Source: Spirochaetia bacterium (GTDB lineage: Bacteria; Spirochaetota; Spirochaetia; SZUA-6; Bin103). From it: DNA of 64,000 bases. The stretch's first letter is position 1, and the number at the start of each line of letters is the position of its first letter. The translations under genes and the position numbers were made by a program. The stretch covers positions 192,001 to 256,000 of the forward strand of contig CBDBOV010000005.1 of the NCBI GenBank assembly GCA_965208575.1, read 5' to 3'. The notes beneath the pieces were generated by a model. That model was not told the origin of the DNA, made no database searches, and worked only from the letters and a program-made list of their open reading frames with translations. Below, piece by piece: positions 19,613 through 28,985 of the stretch.

Positions 19613-20451
19613 TGGCGGCGCCGGGGCATCGACGCCGCTCGCGGCTGCTGTCGAACGCGGTGCTGATCCTGTTCTGCGTGGTCACGTTCATTCCGGTGTG
19701 GTACTTCCTGAACAACGCGTTCAAGGAAGAGAAGTACGTCTACCAGAATCCGCTCACCATCACGCCGGCGCAGTTCACGACCGACAACGTGGTGCGGGCG
19801 TTCACCCACATCAAGTACGCGCGCTCGTTCCTGAACAGCTTCATCTTCGTGACCACCTCGTGCACGCTGCTGGTGTTCCTGGCGTCGCTCGCCGCCTACG
19901 CCATCGCGGTGGTCGGAGGCAAGCTGCTGGGCGCCATCTACGTCGGATTCGTGCTGATGATCACCCTGCCGTTCGGACTGGCGATGATCCCGCTGGTGTC
20001 GCTGCTGCGCGACCTGGAGCTGCTCAACACCTACCTGGGAACGTCGCTGGTCTACACCGCCACCGCCATACCGTTCGCGGTGTTCCTGTACACCGGCTAC
20101 ATCCGGACGATTCCGCGCGACTTCGAAGACGCGGCGCGGATAGACGGTTGCGGCCTGCTGCGCACCTTCGCGTCGGTGTACCTGCCGCTGCTCGGCACGG
20201 TCACCATCACGCTGCTGATTCTGCGCGGGGTGGCGATCTACAACGACCTGCTGATCCCGCTCTTGACCATCAGCGACGTGTTCAAGGTGCCGCTCTCGCT
20301 GCGGCTGTATTCGTTCGCCACCGAGCGCATCATCCAATGGGAGCTGCTGTTCGCCGGCACCTTCCTGGTGAGCATTCCGGTCATCGTGGCATTCCTGTTC
20401 CTGCAGCGGTTCATCACCAGCGACGCGATCGGCGGCGCCATCAAGGGCTGA
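19612..20451 (+). CDS. Carbohydrate ABC permease 2
   Basis: IPRDFEDAARIDG, FLFLQRFI...GAIKG; ATG overlaps the upstream TGA. Confidence 0.92.
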   Translation: MAAPGHRRRSRLLSNAVLILFCVVTFIPVWYFLNNAFKEEKYVYQNPLTITPAQFTTDNVVRAFTHIKYARSFLNSFIFVTTSCTLLVFLASLAAYAIAVVGGKLLGAIYVGFVLMITLPFGLAMIPLVSLLRDLELLNTYLGTSLVYTATAIPFAVFLYTGYIRTIPRDFEDAARIDGCGLLRTFASVYLPLLGTVTITLLILRGVAIYNDLLIPLLTISDVFKVPLSLRLYSFATERIIQWELLFAGTFLVSIPVIVAFLFLQRFITSDAIGGAIKG

Positions 20452-20456
20452 GGAGC

Positions 20457-21452
20457 ATGCGCGCCTATATCATCCGGCGGCTCCTGCTCACGTTTCCGAC
20501 GCTGTTCATCGTCAGCTTCGTGATCTTCGTGGTGATCCGGTTCATGCCCGGCGACATTGTGGATGCCGAGATCTCCCAGATGCAGGAGATCGGCGTATCG
20601 CAGGCATCGCTGGAAGAAGCGCGCGGCGAGCTGATGAAGAAGTACGGGCTCGACGTGCCGATCTACGCCCAGTACGGCCGCTGGATCGGCGCGTATCCGC
20701 AGGCGGACGGCACCGTGAGCGGACTCCTGCAGGGCGACTTCGGCACCTCGTTCCGGCGCCACACGCCGGTGCTGCGCGACATCGCGATCCGGTGGCCGGT
20801 TACCCTGGAGCTCGGCCTGATCGCGTTCGTGATCGCGAACCTGATCTCACTGCCGATCGGCGTCTACTCCGCGCTGCGCCAGGACACCGTCAGCGACTAC
20901 CTGGTGCGCAGCTTCGCCATCATGTGCATGGCCGTGCCGAGCTTCTGGCTGGGCACCATGATCGTCGTGTTCCCGTCGCTGTGGTGGGGCTACTCGCCGC
21001 CGATCATGTACAGCAGGCTGATCGAGGATCCGCTGGCAAACCTGGAGATGTTCTTCATCCCCGCGGTCGTGCTCGGGCTGGCCATGACCGGCGGCACCAT
21101 GCGCATGACGCGCACCATGATGCTGGAGGTGCTGCGCCAGGACTACGTGCGCACGGCATGGGCGAAGGGACTGAAGGAACGCGCGGTGGTGATGCGGCAC
21201 GCGATCAAGAACGCGTTCATTCCGGTAATCACCCTGATCGGCTACACGCTGCCGGTGATGATCGGCGGCGCGGTGATCATCGAGCAGATCTTCAGCCTGC
21301 CGGGCATGGGGCGGCTGCTGGTGGACGCCACCCTGACCCGCGACTACACGGTGGTGAGCGGCATCATGCTGGTGTTCGGCCTCGGCATGGTGCTGATCAA
21401 CCTGGCCGTCGACCTGACCTACGGCTTCCTGAACCCGAAGGTGCGTCCGTGA
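20457..21452 (+). CDS. Dpp/Opp ABC permease, DppB family
   Basis: GAGGAG SD, MRAYIIRRLL, LRQDYVRTAWAKGL. Confidence 0.93.
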   Translation: MRAYIIRRLLLTFPTLFIVSFVIFVVIRFMPGDIVDAEISQMQEIGVSQASLEEARGELMKKYGLDVPIYAQYGRWIGAYPQADGTVSGLLQGDFGTSFRRHTPVLRDIAIRWPVTLELGLIAFVIANLISLPIGVYSALRQDTVSDYLVRSFAIMCMAVPSFWLGTMIVVFPSLWWGYSPPIMYSRLIEDPLANLEMFFIPAVVLGLAMTGGTMRMTRTMMLEVLRQDYVRTAWAKGLKERAVVMRHAIKNAFIPVITLIGYTLPVMIGGAVIIEQIFSLPGMGRLLVDATLTRDYTVVSGIMLVFGLGMVLINLAVDLTYGFLNPKVRP

Positions 21453-22384
21453 GCGAAGCGGCCACCGACGTTGCCGGCGGCGGCGCGCGTGCCGGGACGC
21501 GGTTTCTCAGGCGGCTGGTCACCGAGAAGCCGCTCGGCACGGTGGGCGCGGCGATCACGGTGCTGCTGCTGCTGACCGGCATCTTCGCCGACCTGCTGGC
21601 GCCGTACGGCTTCAACGAGACCGAGGTGGGCGATTTCCTGCAGCCGCCGTCCGGGCAGTTCTGGCTGGGCACCGACAACCTGGGCCGCGACGTGCTCAGC
21701 CGCGTCATCTACGGCGCCCGCATCTCGATGATCGTGGGCATCGCGGCGACCGCGGTGAGCACGCTGATCGCGACCGTCATCGGCGTGCTGTGCGGCTACC
21801 TGGGCGGCAAGTTCGACCTGGTCGTGCAGCGCTTCGTCGATGGCTGGATGTGCCTGCCCTACCTGCCGATCCTGATGGTGGTGATGGCGATCGTCGGCCC
21901 GGGCATGCTGGGGCTGATCATCGTGATGGGGGTGTCGGGCGGCATCGGCGGCTCGCGCTTCTCGCGCAGCGTGGTGATCAACATCAAGGAGAACTCCTAC
22001 CTGGAGGCTTCGATCGCCATCGGCGGGTCGACGTCGCGAGTGCTGCTGAGGCATATCCTGCCCAACATCCTGGCGCCGATCATCATCAGCTTTTCGCTGG
22101 CCGTGCCGGGGGTTATCCTGGGCGAGGCGTCGCTCAGCTTCCTGGGGTTCGGCATACCGCCGCCGGCGCCGAGCTGGGGCGGCATGCTGAGCGGCAGCGG
22201 CCGCCGGTTCATGTTCAATGCGCCGTGGATGGTGATCTGGCCGGGGCTGGCGTTGAGCATCGTCGTGTACGGCGTCAACATGTTCGGCGACGCGGTGCGC
22301 GACCTGCTCGACCCCCGGCTGCGCGGCGGCGCCGGCAGTTACCGCGGCCAGGCAACAAAGCGGGGCCGCGGCAGATCAGATTGA
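21449..22384 (+). CDS. Dpp/Opp ABC permease, DppC family
   Basis: GTGA overlap; LGTDNLGRD, HILPNI, GDAVRDLLDPR. Confidence 0.92.
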   Translation: MSEAATDVAGGGARAGTRFLRRLVTEKPLGTVGAAITVLLLLTGIFADLLAPYGFNETEVGDFLQPPSGQFWLGTDNLGRDVLSRVIYGARISMIVGIAATAVSTLIATVIGVLCGYLGGKFDLVVQRFVDGWMCLPYLPILMVVMAIVGPGMLGLIIVMGVSGGIGGSRFSRSVVINIKENSYLEASIAIGGSTSRVLLRHILPNILAPIIISFSLAVPGVILGEASLSFLGFGIPPPAPSWGGMLSGSGRRFMFNAPWMVIWPGLALSIVVYGVNMFGDAVRDLLDPRLRGGAGSYRGQATKRGRGRSD

Positions 22385-22430
22385 CAACACACCGCATACT
22401 CTACGAATTTTATGCGGAGAGGAGGTTCCA

Positions 22431-24164
22431 ATGAAACGAATCGTGGTGCTTAGTCTGGCACTGGCGATCATGGGGCTGCCCGCATTCGCCGCGGGCGAGG
22501 CCGAGACGAGTGAGGCAGAGGCGACTGCCGGCGGGCCGCAGTACGGCGGCACCCTTACCCTGGGCTACGCCGACCTGGATCCGCCGACCGCGGACGTGGT
22601 GGAGGGCCGCTGGCCGACCACCAAGTACACCAGCTTCGTGCTGGACTACCTGCTCACGGCGGACATCGACAAGTTCGGACCGCGAGGGGCCAACAATCAT
22701 GCCTTTACCGCGCCGCTCAGCGTGCCGGAGGAGTTTACCCGGGGCGGCGTGATCGAGGACTGGGAGATCACTTCCGACAAGCTGATCTTCCGCATCCGCC
22801 CCGGCGTGCAGTGGGCCGCGGTCGGCAAGGAGCACGTCATGGAGTCGCGCGAGTTCGTGGCCGAGGACATCGTGTTCAGCCTGATGCGGTTCTGGACCGC
22901 ACCCGCCATGGGATGGCTGGAAACCAACGAGTTCCCGGACTGGCTGGTCGGCATGTACGCGGAGGACAAGTACACCTTCGTGGTCGAGTTCAAGTACTTC
23001 AACGCCGTGTGGCGGGGACGCCTCGGCTCCGGCTGGGCCAACGACCTGTACGCGCCGGAGGTGGTCGAGGCAGGCGCCCACGACTGGGCCAACCTGGTCG
23101 GCACCGGACCGTTCATGGTGAAACAGTACGTGCAGGGTTCGGCCATGGTGTACGAGAAGAATCCGATCTTCTACGACACCACCACCATCGACGGCGTCGA
23201 GTACGAACTGCCGTTCGTGGACGAGATCGTGCTGCCGATCATACCGGACGAGTCGACCCGTATCGCCTCGCTGCGCACCGGCAAGATCGACTACATGGGC
23301 GGCTACCTGGCGCCGGTGCCGATCCACTACCGGGACACGCTGAGCAAGACCGAGCACCTGATGGTGGAGTCGGTGAAGGGAAGCTGGGCGCACACGCTGT
23401 CGTTCGCCATGGAGGAGAAGACGCGCGGACGGCCGGGCACCGAAATCGCCGACAACGTACTGCTGCGCCGGGCGCTGACGATCGGCACCGACCGCGAAGC
23501 GATCGCGCGGGCCACGTTCTTCGAAGCGGACATCCACAGTTGGCCGGTGAGCGACAAGAACGCGGCCGCGTTCATTCCCATGGATCAGTTGCCGGCATCG
23601 TCGCAGGAACTGTTCGAGTACAACCCCGAGAAGGCGAAGCAGCTTATCGCCGAGGCGGGATACCCGAACGGGTTTACCGTGATCGCGCCGGTGAATGCGG
23701 CGGATACCACGCGCGTCGACATGCTGAGCCAGATCGCCGACCAGTGGAGCAAGATCGGCGTGACGGTCGACATGCGCCCCATGGAGTCCGCGGCGCTGAG
23801 CGAGTTCATGCGGCGCGGGGAAGACATCGCGCCCAACTTCGACATGTGGCTGCACGGCGAGTACAACATCGATCCGCTGATCACCATCGGCGGGCGCTTC
23901 GGGCACTACTTCCACGAGGACTTCCTGGCAGCCAAGCAGACGCCGGAGGGCGAAGCGCGCATGGCGATTCTCAGGGACATCGCCGCGCGGGCCATCGACG
24001 AGGTGGTGCCGGGCATACCGCTCGGTACGCCGTATCAACTGCGCGTCACCTGGCCGTGGGTCAAGAACTGGTATGGCGAGACCGAGGAGAGCGCCTGGGG
24101 AACGGCTCACATCAACGCCCGCATCTGGATCGACCAGGACCTCAAGAATAGCCTGGGCTACTGA
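22431..24164 (+). CDS. ABC substrate-binding protein, family 5
   Basis: AGGAGG SD, signal peptide ending FAAGEAE, PQYGGTL, LVGTGPF, WIDQDLK. Confidence 0.93.
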   Translation: MKRIVVLSLALAIMGLPAFAAGEAETSEAEATAGGPQYGGTLTLGYADLDPPTADVVEGRWPTTKYTSFVLDYLLTADIDKFGPRGANNHAFTAPLSVPEEFTRGGVIEDWEITSDKLIFRIRPGVQWAAVGKEHVMESREFVAEDIVFSLMRFWTAPAMGWLETNEFPDWLVGMYAEDKYTFVVEFKYFNAVWRGRLGSGWANDLYAPEVVEAGAHDWANLVGTGPFMVKQYVQGSAMVYEKNPIFYDTTTIDGVEYELPFVDEIVLPIIPDESTRIASLRTGKIDYMGGYLAPVPIHYRDTLSKTEHLMVESVKGSWAHTLSFAMEEKTRGRPGTEIADNVLLRRALTIGTDREAIARATFFEADIHSWPVSDKNAAAFIPMDQLPASSQELFEYNPEKAKQLIAEAGYPNGFTVIAPVNAADTTRVDMLSQIADQWSKIGVTVDMRPMESAALSEFMRRGEDIAPNFDMWLHGEYNIDPLITIGGRFGHYFHEDFLAAKQTPEGEARMAILRDIAARAIDEVVPGIPLGTPYQLRVTWPWVKNWYGETEESAWGTAHINARIWIDQDLKNSLGY

Positions 24165-24234
24165 TCCGCCGCATCGGGCCGCGGCCTTCGCTGCGCAACC
24201 GCGCGGCGGCCGCGGCCCGGGCGGGAGTGACGGC

Positions 24235-25128
24235 ATGAAGTTCGGCTGGATCCTCCCCAACAACTGGGGTGTACCGCGCGCCGCGGACGTGATCGACCTG
24301 GGCGTGCGGGCAGAGGCGCTCGGCTACCACGCGGTGTGGGTCAATCACCATGTACTCAACGTGGGCTACGTCGGGGAGCGCCTCGGCGACCGCCCCTACT
24401 ACGACGCCCTGACCACCCTGACCTGGATCGCCGCCCGCACCGAACGGCTGCGGCTCGGCACCTCCGTGCTGGTGCTCCCCTACCTTCACCCGATGGTGCT
24501 CGCCAAGGCGGTCGCCACGCTCGACGTGTTGTGCGGCGGACGGGTGACCCTGGGCGTCGGAGTGGGGAGCCTGCCGGCCGAGAACCGCGCGCTGGGCAGC
24601 GACTACGCGACCCGCGGCGCCTACGCCAGCGAATCGATCGCCGTGATGCGGGAGCTGTGGACCGCACCGGAGCCGTCGTTCACCGGCCGCTTCTTCCGGT
24701 TCGACGGTGCCAGGTTCTCACCCAAGCCGCTGCAGCCGGGCGGCGTGCCGATCCTGGTCGGCGGCGGCAGCCGCGCCGCGCTGCTGCGCTGCGCCCGCCT
24801 CGGCGACGGCTGGCACCCGATGGACGCCCCGCTCCCTCGCCTGCGCGACCGCGTGAACGAGTTGCGGCGAATGTGGGCCGAGCAGGGACGCGGCAGCGCC
24901 CCGCCGCGGATAGTCGCCCGCTGCGAAGTGGACCTGCTGGACGAGCCCGCGGTAGACCGTTCTGCCCCGCTGGTGGGAACCGCCGAGCAACTGCTCAAAT
25001 CAATCGCCGAGTACCAGCAGATCGGCGTGTCCGAACTGGCGCTGTCCACCAGCACCGCCGACGTCGACCACATCCGCCGCCTCCAGGAGCAATTCGCCTC
25101 CCACGTGATCCCGCACGCGACATCGTAG
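24235..25128 (+). CDS. LLM class (luciferase-like, possibly F420-dependent) oxidoreductase
   Basis: AEALGYHAVWV..H, LRLGTSVLVLP..HP..LAK..ATLD, PKPLQ...PILVGG. Confidence 0.9.
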   Translation: MKFGWILPNNWGVPRAADVIDLGVRAEALGYHAVWVNHHVLNVGYVGERLGDRPYYDALTTLTWIAARTERLRLGTSVLVLPYLHPMVLAKAVATLDVLCGGRVTLGVGVGSLPAENRALGSDYATRGAYASESIAVMRELWTAPEPSFTGRFFRFDGARFSPKPLQPGGVPILVGGGSRAALLRCARLGDGWHPMDAPLPRLRDRVNELRRMWAEQGRGSAPPRIVARCEVDLLDEPAVDRSAPLVGTAEQLLKSIAEYQQIGVSELALSTSTADVDHIRRLQEQFASHVIPHATS

Positions 25129-25420
25129 CGGCTCATCCCAACCGGGCGCCGCCTCGCTGTCGGTGTCAGTGCTCTGACCACGGGGTTTGGATCGATAAGG
25201 GCCGAAATATTGCAAATTTCTCCGGTTTGGGGGTTGACACGGTTTGGCCCGTCCGATTCGGACACATGCTCGACCCTGCCACAATCCTGCCGAGGACACG
25301 CGTAGCCGGCGCCCTCGCGGCTCGGGCTCCCGAATTGGCTTCGAATGCCAGAATCCGCCAGCCGGCGCCGCCACGGGCGTTCACAGGCGGTGCGAAATCC
25401 GGGTGTACGATAGCCCCAAC

Positions 25421-27346
25421 ATGGAACACGAAACGATCACTGGTGCTCGACAAGCGACGGCCGTGGCGACTCCCGACCGGGCGGAACAGCCCGCGGGGGG
25501 CTCGGTCGCGGCTACCGCGGTTCCGCCCGCGGCCCGCACGCTTCCCAACATGCCAGGGATGCAACCGGACCCGGCCCAGCCGCCGGATATGGAATGTCTC
25601 GGCGACCAGATCGCCGAGCTGTCGGCGCGTATCGACGCAGCTACGTACGAGTTGCTGTGCTACCTGCGGGAGTTCGACCGCGGGTACGGCTGGGAGGGCT
25701 TTCGCTCCTGCGCCCACTGGCTCAACTGGCGCACCGGCCTCGCCCTCGGCGCTGCGCGCGAGAAACTGCGCGTTGCCACCGCTCTGGCCGACCTGAACCA
25801 CGTTGCCGCGGCCATGGCGCGCGGCCAGTTGTCCTACTCCAAGGTACGCGCCCTGACCCGGGTGGCGACGCCGGCCACCGAAGCGTACCTGCTGGCGGTG
25901 GCCCTCGGCTCCACGGCCGCGCAGGTGGAGCGGCTGGTGCGGGCGTGGCGGCGGGCGGACCGGGACGCGTCGCCGGATGCCGAGCGGGAACGCCTGGCCA
26001 GCCGGACGCTGAACATGCAGGTGGACGAGGACGGCATGGTGGCTATACGCGGGCGGCTGACGCCGGAGGTGGGAGCGGTGCTGCTGCGCGCCGTGGAGGC
26101 GGCGCTGGAGCAGGTTCCTGCGAGCGAGGCGGGCGACAGGGACGAGGCGGACGCCGAGACCACGATTGCGCAGCGGCGGGCCGATGCGCTGGGGCTGGTG
26201 GCCGAGGGTGCGCTGGCCGGCGGGCTCGATCCGGGCAACTCCGCCGACCGCTTCCAAGTGACGGTACACGTGCAGGCCGGCACCCTCGCCTCACGTGAGC
26301 CAGACGTCGGGGCGCCACGCGCCTCCGCCGAAGCGCCGACTCCCGGTCCGGCTGCGTCAGTGCCGCTCCCGGCTGTCGCGGACCCGGTGCCGCACGCTTC
26401 CGAGGAAACACCCGAGGTCAAGCCGGCAGCGCTGGAGGCGCGCGTTTCCGCGGGAACGTGGGATGCCAACTCCACGGCGCCGGAACCGGCTGTTCCGGCG
26501 CAGGGCCTTGTCGCCGCGTACTCGGATAGCCGTTGCGCAGGCTCGGCGGTTCGGCCGCCACTCTGCGACGGGTCTCCTTCGACAGACGCGTCGTTACGGC
26601 ACCCCCATGAACTCGACAACCACGAAGACCGACGTTCGGGAAGCGCCGGCTGGCCGTCACCTTCGGAACAGGCGACGTTCGGCACGGCCCACGTTTCCGC
26701 GGGAACGTTCGCGGTCGGCGAGGCGGTCGGAGGACCGCCGGCTCCGGACGCTGATCTGGACGCCGGTCAGGCGGTCATCGAGCAGGCGGGCGGGCTCCAC
26801 CTGGGCAGGGAGGCGGCCCGCCGCGTCGCCTGCGATGCCGGCGTCGTGGTGCTGCTGCAGGACGCCGACGGCGAGGTGCTGGACGTCGGGCGCAGGACGC
26901 GCGCCATCCCGAGCGCACTGCGCCGCGCGTTGCTGAGCCGGGACCGCAGCCAGTGCCGGTTCCCGGGCTGCGAGTCGCGCCACTGCGACGCCCATCACGT
27001 CGAGCACTGGGCGGACGGCGGGGAGACCCGGCTGACCAATTTGGTCAGTCTGTGCCGATTCCACCACAGAGCGGTGCACGAGGAGGGCTTCCGAGTGGTT
27101 CCGGCGGAGGTCGAAGGGCAGTTCCGGTTCCTGCGCCCGAACGGGGAGCCGCTGCCGGCGCAGCCGTCGCTGGCGTACTGGCAGGGGGCGCCACTGGCGC
27201 CGACCGATGAGCGCCTGGCGGCGGCCGGCATCAGCATCGGCCCGCACACGGCTACCCCGGAGTGGTACGGGGAGCCGCTTGATCTGCAAGCCGCGCTGGA
27301 CGTGTTGTGGGAGCCGCCGGCTGCCTTGGCGGGCGTCTCACCGTAG
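25421..27346 (+). CDS. DUF222 domain + C-terminal HNH endonuclease (13E12-repeat-like, possibly mobile)
   Basis: SCAHWLNWRTG, LSYSKVRALTR, RRADAL, RRVACDA, CRFPGC...HHVEHWADGGETRLTNLVSLCRFHH. Confidence 0.9.
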   Translation: MEHETITGARQATAVATPDRAEQPAGGSVAATAVPPAARTLPNMPGMQPDPAQPPDMECLGDQIAELSARIDAATYELLCYLREFDRGYGWEGFRSCAHWLNWRTGLALGAAREKLRVATALADLNHVAAAMARGQLSYSKVRALTRVATPATEAYLLAVALGSTAAQVERLVRAWRRADRDASPDAERERLASRTLNMQVDEDGMVAIRGRLTPEVGAVLLRAVEAALEQVPASEAGDRDEADAETTIAQRRADALGLVAEGALAGGLDPGNSADRFQVTVHVQAGTLASREPDVGAPRASAEAPTPGPAASVPLPAVADPVPHASEETPEVKPAALEARVSAGTWDANSTAPEPAVPAQGLVAAYSDSRCAGSAVRPPLCDGSPSTDASLRHPHELDNHEDRRSGSAGWPSPSEQATFGTAHVSAGTFAVGEAVGGPPAPDADLDAGQAVIEQAGGLHLGREAARRVACDAGVVVLLQDADGEVLDVGRRTRAIPSALRRALLSRDRSQCRFPGCESRHCDAHHVEHWADGGETRLTNLVSLCRFHHRAVHEEGFRVVPAEVEGQFRFLRPNGEPLPAQPSLAYWQGAPLAPTDERLAAAGISIGPHTATPEWYGEPLDLQAALDVLWEPPAALAGVSP

Positions 27347-27405
27347 CAGGCCACTGCGGCGCTTCAGCAGTCGCGGCAGGCGCCAGACTCGTCACCGTAG
27401 CCTCG

Positions 27406-28035
27406 TCAGCCGCCTTGAGGGCTACTCTCGGGCATCACGCCGGCGGTGCGCAGGGCTTGTTGCAGGGTGTTGGTGTCGCGGAAGAGGTGGGCTTGGAAGC
27501 CGAAGGCGGCTGCGCCGGCGACGTTGTCAGGGCGGTCGTCGACGAAAAACACTTGTTCGGGGGAGCAGCCGCAGCGGCGCAGGGCATGCTCGTAGAAGCA
27601 GGCGGAGGGCTTGGGGCAGCCGATGGCCGAGGAGTTGACGATGAAGTCGAACGCGGCGGCGATGCGCAGGCGGGAGAGGTCGTCGGCCAGCCTGGTCGTG
27701 GCGTTGGAGACCAGACCGAGCGGGACGGCGGAGCGCGCGGACTGCAGCACAGCCAGGGTACCGGTGTGCACCTCGCCGGCGCCCATCGACCATTGCGCTA
27801 CCGCGGCGGCAGAGGCCGCGGGATCGAACCGGGTGCCGAGCCGTGCGGCGATCCGCTTGCGCCACTCGGCGTCCGTTACGACTCCGGTAATCGCGTCGGT
27901 CAGGAGCGTCTCGTGGAACGCCGCGCGCGCCATACTGCCTCGTGGCAACCCGTGCGCGTCTTCGACCGATGAGAATTGCGTAGCCGGCCAGCGGCGAACC
28001 ACGCCGTCCAGATCGGTCAGCACCGCCCGAATCAT
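27406..28035 (-). CDS. HAD-superfamily hydrolase
   Basis: DLDGV, SN, KP, FVDD motifs. Confidence 0.9.
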   Translation of the reverse strand: MIRAVLTDLDGVVRRWPATQFSSVEDAHGLPRGSMARAAFHETLLTDAITGVVTDAEWRKRIAARLGTRFDPAASAAAVAQWSMGAGEVHTGTLAVLQSARSAVPLGLVSNATTRLADDLSRLRIAAAFDFIVNSSAIGCPKPSACFYEHALRRCGCSPEQVFFVDDRPDNVAGAAAFGFQAHLFRDTNTLQQALRTAGVMPESSPQGG

Positions 28036-28388
28036 TGCGGCGCCGCGAACGCCGGGCCGAGGTCGGCGACACCCAGCGCCGTGACATTATCGGCGAGGTC
28101 GTAGCGGTTCGCGGGGGTGCCGATGACCAGGTGGCGTCCGGGCTTCCACGGCAGGTTGCTGGCGGCGAGTTCCCGCGAGACGGCGTGGATGGTTCGCGCG
28201 TCGTCGTTGCGGGGGTGTTCCTGCCACTTCGCCTCGATGAAGGACAGGCGGCCGCCGCTGTCGATGACGAAATCGATCTCGCGAGAGCGCTGGTCGCGGT
28301 AGAACCACAGGGTGGCCGGCTCGTCCTGCAGCGAGACCAGCTTGCGCAGCTCGGCGAACACGAACGTCTCCCACAGTGCTCCGAGCAT
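28032..28388 (-). pseudogene. C-terminal DUF4143 fragment of an AAA_14 ATPase
   Basis: GALWETFVFAEL...FYRD...EIDFVI...IEAK; ATPase domain absent. Confidence 0.75.
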
Positions 28389-28473
28389 CTTGCGAATAAT
28401 CTAGTCTCGCAAGTTAGATTTGTCACCCTTCGTCGGTGATCGATTACGGGAGCGTGGGTAGCTCTCCGGGTCG

Positions 28474-28503
28474 TTGACACGGTGGCCGCACTCATGGCAG
28501 GCT
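28474..28503 (+). promoter_or_regulatory. Putative promoter of the leader/SBP operon
   Basis: TTGACA-18 nt-CAGGCT with TG; same layout and spacer GCCGCA as 4078-4107; weak -10. Confidence 0.4.
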
Positions 28504-28591
28504 CGCGTCGCTTGGGGTTCGACAGATCGATGATGAAGCGCCGTGACGACAGCCAGCGCAGTGACCGGTCGGCGGTGACGCAGCCGGTGTA

Positions 28592-28985
28592 CCCCCCGCC
28601 CCCCCCCCCGCAACTCTTTATACGAGAAACAACTAACCGCTTGGGCTGATCGCGCCCTACGCGAGCCCGCGCACACTGTCACCTTCACCACCGCCGTGAC
28701 TATCGGTGGCGCCGGCTCGGTCGATCGCCAGACCTCCCGCCAGGAGAAACCCACCGCCGGCATTGCCGGCCATTCAAACTCGCCGCTTCGCCGGCCACCG
28801 CCCCGCGTGGCGGAGGTGAGGATGATACTCAAAGAACCGCACGCGCGCGCGGCGTGAGCCCGTGAGTCACACGCCGCGCGCTTCACAAATTGACTCAGAC
28901 TGGCCGTCCGCGTTGCGGGCGTCAGAGTAGCCAGGGAGCGCCAATGCGCTACGCAATACTCTCAAAATCTACATACGGAGCTACT
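28592..28985 (+). ncRNA. Candidate structured cis-regulatory leader RNA (copy 2)
   Basis: Homologous to 3540-3985 (minus) with compensatory changes. Confidence 0.65.
28822..28857 (+). CDS. Putative leader peptide MILKEPHARAA (copy 2)
   Basis: GGAGG-5 nt-ATG; one synonymous difference from copy 1. Confidence 0.6.
   Translation: MILKEPHARAA

Noticed and set aside
25128-27405. RNA-guided (IscB/HEARO-like) HNH system
   Set aside because: The protein is DUF222-HNH without recognisable RuvC or PLMP motifs; no second copy or evident conserved ncRNA in the flanks
28890-28985. N-terminal extensions of SBP ORFs (also 3536-3682 and 9804-9911)
   Set aside because: SD sequences and signal peptides place the starts downstream; similarity of the extensions is explained by the conserved leader RNA
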